Virus record (IMG/VR): IMGVR_UViG_3300029183_000020
Location: 1 to 34,757 of that record
Strand: one strand, 5' to 3'
Source of the DNA: a virus
Taxonomy: Duplodnaviria > Caudoviricetes
Length of the DNA: 34,757 nucleotides
Shown: positions 7,808 through 14,680 of the stretch, one piece after another
Layout of the letters: each line of letters opens with the position of its first letter
How positions within the stretch are numbered: the stretch's first letter is position 1
The notes under the pieces: model-generated
Told to the model about the DNA's origin: nothing
The model's input: the letters and a program-made list of their open reading frames with translations, nothing else
The model's database searches: none
Made by a program: the position numbers and the translations under genes

Positions 7808-7971
7808 TCGTCCTCCCCACAATCAGGACAATCAACAGTCGCGATGCTGACAGGGGACACAAACACCGTTCCGCCGCCCTCGCAGGTCTCACACTCCCCA
7901 CACTGATGACAGAGATGGTCTTTGACGACGTTCGGGGACCCGCACCTCACGCACTTCTCTTGGTCCCTCAT
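7804..7971 (-). CDS. multi-CxxC zinc microprotein
   Basis: CVRC, CHQC, CETC, CPDC; ATGA-coupled. Confidence 0.65.
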   Translation of the reverse strand: MRDQEKCVRCGSPNVVKDHLCHQCGECETCEGGGTVFVSPVSIATVDCPDCGEDE

Positions 7972-8393
7972 TCGGTTGGCTCCTGGCTGGCGAGCAGGTT
8001 TTCTATCTCGTACCAACGCTCAGACTTGTACTCTATTCGCATCTGGATACGAGTCAGCACCGTCGCCGTCTCTCGATATCTCTCTTGCCACTCGTCTCGT
8101 TCGTTCTCCACCTGGGCCAGCGCTTTGTCCCATTGACACATGACGTGGTACGCCGCCCCAGGGTCAAGCAACTCTCGCGCAATGGCGTCAGCAACTTGGG
8201 CGAGTACCTTCGCTCGCTTGGCCTGGCTGGGGATGGGGTCAGACTTCGAGGAAATCGGAACGCTTGGCCATGGCAGCAATGCAACATGTGGGCACGGCAC
8301 GTCAAGCACAGCCGTCTTTTTGCACTCTGGACACATCTTCTCACTCATTGGCCTTCCCGTGTACGGATGCATTCCTGGGGCTTTCTCACTCAT
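7968..8393 (-). CDS. hypothetical protein (CxxC plus coiled coil)
   Basis: 141-aa ORF, overlap-coupled on both sides. Confidence 0.6.
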   Translation of the reverse strand: MSEKAPGMHPYTGRPMSEKMCPECKKTAVLDVPCPHVALLPWPSVPISSKSDPIPSQAKRAKVLAQVADAIARELLDPGAAYHVMCQWDKALAQVENERDEWQERYRETATVLTRIQMRIEYKSERWYEIENLLASQEPTE

Positions 8394-8491
8394 TCGCTCA
8401 CCTCGAGGATGGGGTCAGACGAGTCAGGACTCTCGGCACCTGACGGAGTAGTTTGGCCGCGTTCCGCAATGCGCTTATCTGACCCGCTCAT
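8390..8491 (-). CDS. 33-aa peptide between 15-bp direct repeats
   Basis: Manual translation MSGSDKRIAERG...LEVSE; ATGA-coupled on both sides. Confidence 0.45.
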   Translation of the reverse strand: MSGSDKRIAERGQTTPSGAESPDSSDPILEVSE

Positions 8492-8688
8492 TCGCTCACC
8501 TTGCTGTCCCGCCGGAGTCGTGTTCTAAACCACGTCTCGTATTCTACCTCAACCTCGTAAGACGCATCACACTCCGGACAGGTACGTGAGTGAAACCGCC
8601 CTGGCTCTAACGCCTCGTCTGGTATTTCGTCTTCGGCGAGGCAACACGGACACACGGGTACCTCAGCCCATGGTTTTACGTTGCTCAC
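8488..8688 (-). CDS. Zn-ribbon protein
   Basis: CPCC...CPEC. Confidence 0.65.
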   Translation of the reverse strand: MSNVKPWAEVPVCPCCLAEDEIPDEALEPGRFHSRTCPECDASYEVEVEYETWFRTRLRRDSKVSE

Positions 8689-8848
8689 GTCTCCCCCCCT
8701 CCTGGTCGTGGCGCAGCCGGGCCAACGTGCCGCTACCGTCACACTTCGCGCAAATCTCGTCCCACGTCACGCCGTGCTCACTGGTTGTGACCAGCCCATT
8801 CTCGCACTCCGGGCAGGGTTGGCATTCCTCGGGGCTGGGGCGGGTCAT
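8663..8848 (-). CDS. DnaJ-like zinc-finger microprotein
   Basis: CPECENG...CAKCDGSG. Confidence 0.6.
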   Translation of the reverse strand: MTRPSPEECQPCPECENGLVTTSEHGVTWDEICAKCDGSGTLARLRHDQEGGRREQRKTMG

Positions 8849-9033
8849 GCGTAGTCCTGCCCTTTGTGCTTCCACCACAAGTTGCAGTGATATTTCATGA
8901 GCACGTTTTGACTCTCACCATGCCCTCGTTCGATATCGTCAGCGACTTGCCGTAGCGAGGCAACGACTTCGGACGGCGACGCATAGCCCTTGTCGGTCCA
9001 GTGTTTTGCGGTTCGCTTCTTCTTCTCACTCAT
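8845..9033 (-). CDS. hypothetical protein
   Basis: ATGA-coupled on both sides. Confidence 0.6.
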   Translation of the reverse strand: MSEKKKRTAKHWTDKGYASPSEVVASLRQVADDIERGHGESQNVLMKYHCNLWWKHKGQDYA

Positions 9034-9614
9034 GATGGTCGCTCCTCGCTGCACCAGTCTTTGCTCCACAACTCGCATAAGTGAGTGTTAATGAACAACC
9101 CGACGGCAACCGCCCCTGACACCTTGTCGGCATAGAGACAGCTCTCCTTCAACGCCACCAGCGCCTGATTGAGTTGAGCCTTTGATTCCTTCTCCCGTTC
9201 GAGCGCACGACAATACTTGTCGCGTATCTCAATCACCAAAGCCCGAGACGACTCCAGTTGTCCCTGTCGCATATTCGCAGTCGATTGCCATTCGTCCCGC
9301 TCCTGCCGCAAGCGCTCGTTCTCGGCCTCAAGTGTTTGATATGTCTTCCATCCACCTGTCTCGCCGTTAATCAACTCGTCGCGCAACCTCAGCCACTCGT
9401 ACCAGGAATCGCTGGACTGGATGGTTGTGTTGTCAGCCCGGAGCACGAACGAAGTGAGCGCCTCCAGCAAGCCCGCTGTGTGGTTGTGACGGTCCTGAAC
9501 ACGCCGTATTTCATCCTCAAGTCCAGCAATAGTGCTGTTGGCACTCAACACCGTCGCCACTTGCGCTCGCTCAAGACGTTCAATCTTTTCGTCTGGTAGT
9601 TCCGTTTCGCTCAT
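9030..9614 (-). CDS. coiled-coil hypothetical protein
   Basis: 194-aa heptad-rich ORF, overlap-coupled. Confidence 0.7.
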   Translation of the reverse strand: MSETELPDEKIERLERAQVATVLSANSTIAGLEDEIRRVQDRHNHTAGLLEALTSFVLRADNTTIQSSDSWYEWLRLRDELINGETGGWKTYQTLEAENERLRQERDEWQSTANMRQGQLESSRALVIEIRDKYCRALEREKESKAQLNQALVALKESCLYADKVSGAVAVGLFINTHLCELWSKDWCSEERPS

Positions 9615-9823
9615 GCCTGCCCCCGGTCGTGCTCAGGTTGGCGAGTCACGTACACTCGCGTGACTGTCTCTAGTCGGTACTCGTATCCGCAACACACCGA
9701 CACCCACGAAGGGAGACTGCCACCAGACGCGCCTGTGTCAGGGAGCGACCCACCACAATCCCAACACACCGCCTCGGCGCGTGAATGCACAAAGGTGCTA
9801 TTGTCCTTCATCACTCCCTCCAT
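9611..9823 (-). CDS. small Cys-containing hypothetical protein
   Basis: CWDC...CCG; start may be the second ATG. Confidence 0.55.
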   Translation of the reverse strand: MEGVMKDNSTFVHSRAEAVCWDCGGSLPDTGASGGSLPSWVSVCCGYEYRLETVTRVYVTRQPEHDRGQA

Positions 9824-9838
9824 TCGCGTACTGGCCAG

Positions 9839-10075
9839 CTACTCTCCAAAACCGCGCAAGTCATTTTCACGGATCAATGAGGTTAGCAGTCGTTCCATCC
9901 GTAGCGATGAGTTCGCCGCAATCACGGCGAGGTTGAACATTCGCCGCTCGTGTGCGGTGAGAGTTTTATCGGCGCTAGCCTCGTCTTTCATCTTGGCAAC
10001 GTCACGCCCAAAATGTTTAACGTCGACTTCTGACGTGGCGGTTACAAATTGCGTCGTTTTGTTCAGTCCTTCCAC
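9839..10075 (-). CDS. hypothetical protein
   Basis: GTG start behind AAAGGAG, directly after the tRNA-like RNA. Confidence 0.65.
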   Translation of the reverse strand: MEGLNKTTQFVTATSEVDVKHFGRDVAKMKDEASADKTLTAHERRMFNLAVIAANSSLRMERLLTSLIRENDLRGFGE

Positions 10076-10092
10076 GTTGTCTCCTTTCGCAC

Positions 10093-10291
10093 TGGTCGGT
10101 GATGACAGGCCGGATCTGATTCCGGCAAGGGGGCGTTGCCGTTACTACCCCCGCATCACAGGGTTCGGAGTTCTCATCACCCAGCGCCCCGGACCACCAG
10201 TTAGGTCTCCTCAAGGCGTTAAAACCGACGCTTAGGCAAATCACCCCGCTTTTGCCGCGTGTCGCTTCCACGCCGCTGCCACCACCGACCA
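10093..10291 (-). ncRNA. tRNA-like (D-arm/T-arm) structured RNA, ~200 nt
   Basis: 16-bp terminal stem with 2 G-U pairs, D-arm-like GCGTG-GAAGCGA-CACGC, T-arm-like GCCGG-AATCAGAT-CCGGC, several internal hairpins. Confidence 0.7.
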
Positions 10292-10744
10292 TTATTTCAA
10301 TCGCTTCCTGAACTGATACGCGGCCTTCCATGCCGCTCGTGCATCCTTGCTCACATACGGAGCGTCCGATCGATATCCCTCTGGGTGATGCGTCCGGCCC
10401 TTGTAGTCCATCCGCCGACCCTGTGAGGCCGCAATCCAACCGGCAATCGCCGGCCCAACAAGCCGTGTGGCGTATTCGTCAGTCCCTGCCTGAAACATGA
10501 GCTTTGCTTTGCTATTCCGTCGCCGCCACGGCCACACAACAACCCATCCGTCCAGCACACCAAAGATGGGTGCAGAATGCCCCAGGATCGCCTGTACGAC
10601 GTTTTCTGGGATCGGGCGACCACTGATGTACCGCTCCACCGTTCGAGGGTCCTTGGTCAACACAGCGCCCCAGTAGATGGCTGCGAGATTCCGGCTCGGG
10701 AACCCCTGACGGAGCTTCTGGCGGGCTTGGTCTTGGGTGGTCAC
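10292..10744 (-). CDS. protein with possible N-terminal HTH (Cro-like) domain
   Basis: AVLTKDPRTVERYISGRPIP resembles an HTH recognition helix; GTGA-coupled to the SpoU gene. Confidence 0.55.
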   Translation of the reverse strand: MTTQDQARQKLRQGFPSRNLAAIYWGAVLTKDPRTVERYISGRPIPENVVQAILGHSAPIFGVLDGWVVVWPWRRRNSKAKLMFQAGTDEYATRLVGPAIAGWIAASQGRRMDYKGRTHHPEGYRSDAPYVSKDARAAWKAAYQFRKRLK

Positions 10745-11196
10745 TTGCTCACACCCTTCGCGATTCGATCGTACATTACGACACTGCCCGCCACGGCCAG
10801 ATTGAGACAGTGGTCGCCCGGTATCGTAACAACTGAGCGGCTTCGTTCCACAATCTCTGGTGGCAAACTTCCATCTTCTGGTCCAAGCACGTACACGGCC
10901 CGCTCCGGGTGGTGCCAGGTACACAGATTGCGCCCACCCATCTCAACACCCACTACAACCGCATCCGCGGGCAGCATTTCCAAAAACAGCGCCGTTGTAT
11001 CGTAGTGAAAGAGCGGCACATGCCGAGGGGTTGCCATTGTGTCCGATGATTGGTGATGGTAGCGATTCTCGATGGTCGCCAAAAACGCTGCACCGAAGAC
11101 GTTAGCCGATCGCCACATCGTGCCGAGATTGTCAGTGGTTTTGGGTTGAAACATCGCCAAACCAAAATATCCACGACCGTTTTTTGTTTTTGTCAT
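10741..11196 (-). CDS. SpoU/TrmH/TrmL-family SPOUT RNA 2'-O-methyltransferase
   Basis: Motif 1 NLGTMWRSA, motif 2 VLGPEDGSL, motif 3 IP...CLNLAVA. Confidence 0.92.
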   Translation of the reverse strand: MTKTKNGRGYFGLAMFQPKTTDNLGTMWRSANVFGAAFLATIENRYHHQSSDTMATPRHVPLFHYDTTALFLEMLPADAVVVGVEMGGRNLCTWHHPERAVYVLGPEDGSLPPEIVERSRSVVTIPGDHCLNLAVAGSVVMYDRIAKGVSK

Positions 11197-11202
11197 ACCC
11201 CA

Positions 11203-11231
11203 ATCCTACTACGGTACTTGCCGTATGTCAA
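11203..11231 (-). promoter_or_regulatory. sigma70-type promoter with palindromic operator; probably leaderless
   Basis: TTGACA-17-TAGGAT, operator TACGGTA-CT-TGCCGTA (11210-11225); ATG 6 nt after the -10. Confidence 0.8.
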
Positions 11232-11295
11232 GGGTGGGGATATATTCAAGTCGGGCACAGGACATGCCGATAGTTTGTGACAACCGGAGGAACAC

Positions 11296-11427
11296 ATGAC
11301 TTGCGACAAAAAGACGTGCCGAAACTGCGGTGTACGCGAAACAACCTGCCCTGCGTGCGACCAGTGCGGGCTGTGCTGTGAACACACGACCTGCGACACC
11401 CCCAAAAACGTGAAGGTGGTCTGGTGA
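11296..11427 (+). CDS. 43-aa Cys-rich (9 Cys) metal-binding microprotein
   Basis: GGAGG SD; MTCDKKTCRNCGVRETTCPACDQCGLCCEHTTCDTPKNVKVVW. Confidence 0.65.
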   Translation: MTCDKKTCRNCGVRETTCPACDQCGLCCEHTTCDTPKNVKVVW

Positions 11428-11573
11428 TGTTACACGGTGAATACGCCATCTGGTGGACGGATATCGCGCACCGCTCTCGAGTGGTCTGCTTTAATCAACG
11501 GTTCTTTGCCACCCAACTGTTGCGGGGACTCCGAAGGCTGGGCTACCGTGCGGAGTTGCTTGAGAACCTGTGA
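11427..11573 (+). CDS. 48-aa hypothetical protein
   Basis: TGATG overlap upstream, GTGA overlap with the C5 methyltransferase. Confidence 0.6.
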   Translation: MLHGEYAIWWTDIAHRSRVVCFNQRFFATQLLRGLRRLGYRAELLENL

Positions 11574-12289
11574 CGCAACTGGTGCTGTCGCTCTTCCCGG
11601 GCATCGGCCTGCTGGACATGGCCTTCGAGCAGGAAGGGTTCTGCGTCGTCCGAGGGCCTGATTTGCTGTGGGGTGGCGATATCAAAGCGTTTCACCCACC
11701 GGCAGGAAAGTTTGATGGCGTCATTGGTGGGCCACCGTGTCAGCGGTTCAGCTCGCTCCAGGCAATCAATACTGCGCAAGGCCGACCGTTGCCGCCTGAC
11801 CTCATTCCTGAGTTTGCACGTGTCGTGGCGGAGGCTCAACCCGATTGGTGGTTGATGGAGAATGTGCCCCAAGCTCCGTCCGCGTTGGTCGATGGCTACA
11901 AACGCCAGATGGTCATGTTGGACAACAACTGGGTCGGTGGCGAACAGCGACGTCTTCGCAAGTTCACGTTTGGCACACGAGACGGACGCAAACTCACGAT
12001 CGAGGAGCATGCGTTGTACTGCCCGAACCCCGCCCCGACGGTGACGCGCCGTCAGGTAAAGTGGGACAACAGAACTGAGAAGAGTCGGAAGGGCCGACCC
12101 ATGAGCACGATGTCGTGGGCCAACCTCCGATCGGCGATACGACTCCAGGGTTTACCCGAGACGTTTTTGGACAACACGCCATTCACGTTGGAAGGTGCGT
12201 GTGGGGCGATTGGCAACGGTGTCCCGCTTCCCATGGGACGTGCGGTCGCACAAGCGGTCAAGCGCGCCCTAGACATAGGACACAAATGA
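11570..12289 (+). CDS. DNA cytosine-5 methyltransferase
   Basis: SLFPGIG (I), GGPPCQ (IV), ENV (VI), QRR.R (VIII), GNGVP (X). Confidence 0.92.
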   Translation: MTQLVLSLFPGIGLLDMAFEQEGFCVVRGPDLLWGGDIKAFHPPAGKFDGVIGGPPCQRFSSLQAINTAQGRPLPPDLIPEFARVVAEAQPDWWLMENVPQAPSALVDGYKRQMVMLDNNWVGGEQRRLRKFTFGTRDGRKLTIEEHALYCPNPAPTVTRRQVKWDNRTEKSRKGRPMSTMSWANLRSAIRLQGLPETFLDNTPFTLEGACGAIGNGVPLPMGRAVAQAVKRALDIGHK

Positions 12290-13281
12290 GCCACGCCACG
12301 CTGTACCGTGGAGACGCGATCGATGTGCTGCGAACGCTGCCAGAGGGATCCTGCCGGTGCTGTGTCACCAGTCCACCGTATTGGGGGTTGCGAGATTATG
12401 GGCAGGAGGGACAACTCGGGCTCGAAACCACCCCGGACGAATACGTGGCGAAGATGGTGGAAGTGTTCCGTGAGGTACGACGGGTGTTGGCTGATGATGC
12501 AACAGTGTGGTTGAATCTTGGAGATAGTTACGCTGCTGGTGGCAAAGGTGGTGGAGGATCGTACATGGAGGAGAGGAGTGGCGGTGCGTGGGAACCACAA
12601 AGCAAATTACGTGGGTGGCGTTCACCACCGGACGGACTCAAACAAAAGGACCTCGTTGGCATCCCGTGGGTGGTCGCGTTCGCCCTCCGCACCGATGGCT
12701 GGTATCTGCGTTCCGATATCATCTGGTCAAAGCCGAACCCGATGCCCGAGAGCGTCACGGACAGACCGACGAAGGCCCACGAATACGTGTTCCTGCTGAG
12801 TAAATCATCGCGGTATTTCTACGATGCTGACGCAGTGCGGACAGATTCCAAAACCCCCGACTTACACACCAAGACACCAAGCGGCTGGGACACAGGGAAC
12901 GGGAGCCACAAGGGATTGACTGGTCGCTATAAAACAGACAAACAACGCGGACATGGTCGGCGGCACGCCGGATTTAACGACCGGTGGGATGGCATGTCAA
13001 AAGCCGAGCAGCAAGCAATGGGCGCGAATGCCCGGACAGTCTGGAACATCCCCACCGTTCCCTATCCAGGCTCGCACTTCGCCACCTTCCCACCAGAACT
13101 CGCCAAGCGGTGTATCGCAGCGGGAAGCGCACCAGGCGACACCGTCCTCGATCCCTTCGGAGGATCGGGTACCACCGCATCAGTCGCCACGGGTATGGGC
13201 CGAGACGCGATCCACATCGACTTAGGTTATCACGATCTCGCCGTTGATCGAATCGGTCCGCTAATGTGTACGGTCAAATAG
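12286..13281 (+). CDS. DNA N4-C/N6-A methyltransferase, beta class
   Basis: TSPPYW catalytic motif, HFATFP, DPFGGSGTT; start ATG 12286 (ATGA overlap). Confidence 0.93.
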   Translation: MSHATLYRGDAIDVLRTLPEGSCRCCVTSPPYWGLRDYGQEGQLGLETTPDEYVAKMVEVFREVRRVLADDATVWLNLGDSYAAGGKGGGGSYMEERSGGAWEPQSKLRGWRSPPDGLKQKDLVGIPWVVAFALRTDGWYLRSDIIWSKPNPMPESVTDRPTKAHEYVFLLSKSSRYFYDADAVRTDSKTPDLHTKTPSGWDTGNGSHKGLTGRYKTDKQRGHGRRHAGFNDRWDGMSKAEQQAMGANARTVWNIPTVPYPGSHFATFPPELAKRCIAAGSAPGDTVLDPFGGSGTTASVATGMGRDAIHIDLGYHDLAVDRIGPLMCTVK

Positions 13282-13312
13282 ACACACAAAGGGGCCACCA
13301 AACGGTGACCCC
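13282..13312 (-). terminator. intrinsic terminator between convergent operons
   Basis: GGGGTCACC-GTTT-GGTGGCCCC followed by TTTGTGTGT on the minus strand. Confidence 0.65.
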
Positions 13313-13390
13313 AGTGCGCGTTGTGCCGTCATGTTCCCGAGGAGGAACGATGTACCCGAACGGGTACGACCCTATTATGGCAGCGAATCC

Positions 13391-13957
13391 TTACTGCCGC
13401 AAGTCGCGACTGCCGACCGTGTAGTAATCCAAGGCCGCAAACCCGACACCGCAGGCGACCGCACCAGCCACACCGAACTTATCGTGGCACAGCTTTACGA
13501 TCGGATACAGCATATGCTCCCCGAAATCGAGGCCTGAATCCAGGCGGATCGCGCCAGCCGTGACCAACACATTGCCGTCCGCGTCGATGACGTCCTCAGC
13601 CCCCAGGAACGCAGGCAGCTCCCGACCAAGCGCCCAGCCCAGTGACAACAGGAAGGCCGCCTCGTCACTCGCCTCCGCAACACTGGCCACTGTCTCGTCA
13701 TCCAAGATCCCAATTTCGCCTAAGAGTTGGGCACCGAACTGCAACCCGTTGTCGCCGAACTCGTTCAGGGTCAGTCCGATACCAGCGTGCCCCAATGGAA
13801 TCATCCACTGCTGGACGTCCAGTTGTGCCGTGGCGAGTGTCGCCGTCACGTCTTGGGTCCACAGCGCACCTCGAGTGGGCCCGGTATCCTCTTGCGCTGC
13901 GGCCGCTGACGTAAACGCCAGGCCCAGCACCATCAGTACAAACAGAACTTTCTTCAT
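13391..13957 (-). CDS. secreted or envelope protein with signal peptide
   Basis: MKKVLFVLMVLGLAFTSAAAA/Q SPase I-type signal; AGGAGG SD; follows the endolysin. Confidence 0.75.
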   Translation of the reverse strand: MKKVLFVLMVLGLAFTSAAAAQEDTGPTRGALWTQDVTATLATAQLDVQQWMIPLGHAGIGLTLNEFGDNGLQFGAQLLGEIGILDDETVASVAEASDEAAFLLSLGWALGRELPAFLGAEDVIDADGNVLVTAGAIRLDSGLDFGEHMLYPIVKLCHDKFGVAGAVACGVGFAALDYYTVGSRDLRQ

Positions 13958-13978
13958 TGCTACCTCCTGTGATCTACC

Positions 13979-14485
13979 TCATGAAAGCATATCGGCCCAG
14001 CGAATGTAGCCGATATCAATACTCTGTGCCCGCTTGCGCTTCATCACATGCGTCCCCTCACGGGAGCCCTTTTGGTTGGTGTTACCCTCAATCGTCTGGA
14101 TAAACCCGCTGGAATCGATCCAGGTCACCAACCCGATATGCACCCAATCACCGCCGGATCCGCGCACCGCAAACAGATCTCCGTACTCTGGCGTATCGTG
14201 CCAGACCCGTTTGGCCTGCGCCCATGCCACCATCTTGTCCACGTCGGAATAGCTGGGATGCACGGGAATGGGCCAGGCAACCCCTAGCGCCAATCGACCC
14301 ACCGTATTGATGAACGTCGAGCACCAGGCGCGACCTTTCCACCACTTCGGATCCCGAATGATCCACCAGTTGAAGAAATCCACCTGCGGGCCGCGGTTAC
14401 TCCCACCAGACTCTTTGCAGCCAATGAATTGATTGGCTACATCCACCACAGTGGGAATGGGTTCAGCAATGTGTGTGGAGCGCAT
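13979..14485 (-). CDS. CHAP-domain endolysin
   Basis: E.GGSNRG, AWCSTF, HIGLV, IEGNT. Confidence 0.88.
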   Translation of the reverse strand: MRSTHIAEPIPTVVDVANQFIGCKESGGSNRGPQVDFFNWWIIRDPKWWKGRAWCSTFINTVGRLALGVAWPIPVHPSYSDVDKMVAWAQAKRVWHDTPEYGDLFAVRGSGGDWVHIGLVTWIDSSGFIQTIEGNTNQKGSREGTHVMKRKRAQSIDIGYIRWADMLS

Positions 14486-14491
14486 GGGCTT

Positions 14492-14680
14492 TCAGCCGGC
14501 CGGGACCTGCTTCTGGAGACGTTTGACCATCTCCTGATGAATCTTGGGCGCCAATTCCTTACCCACGAAACAGCCCGGAAACCGCCAACACGCTTTGGTC
14601 AGAATGTTCTTCTGATTATCCGTGGCCAGGATCGTCTTGCAACCACAGTCGTGGTTCGTGCGCGTACCGGTGTAGCTCAT
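14492..14680 (-). CDS. small hypothetical protein
   Basis: ATGA-coupled to the methyltransferase; 62 aa. Confidence 0.55.
   Translation of the reverse strand: MSYTGTRTNHDCGCKTILATDNQKNILTKACWRFPGCFVGKELAPKIHQEMVKRLQKQVPAG

Noticed and set aside
10093-10291. Calling the tRNA-like RNA a tmRNA or an intron-containing tRNA
   Set aside because: Too short for tmRNA, has a paired D-stem and no tag-like ORF; no anticodon arm or intron core visible
10017-10439. 140-aa minus-strand ORF
   Set aside because: Overlaps both neighbouring genes and spans the tRNA-like RNA. An ATG at 10292 does overlap the upstream stop, so translation is not fully excluded.
4929-11232. 27-bp repeats as att sites or CRISPR repeats
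   Set aside because: Only two copies, both are promoter-operators; no recombinase, cas gene or spacer array seen
11240-13320. Plus-strand methylase block as an invertible segment or restriction-modification system
   Set aside because: No flanking inverted repeats, invertase or endonuclease recognised
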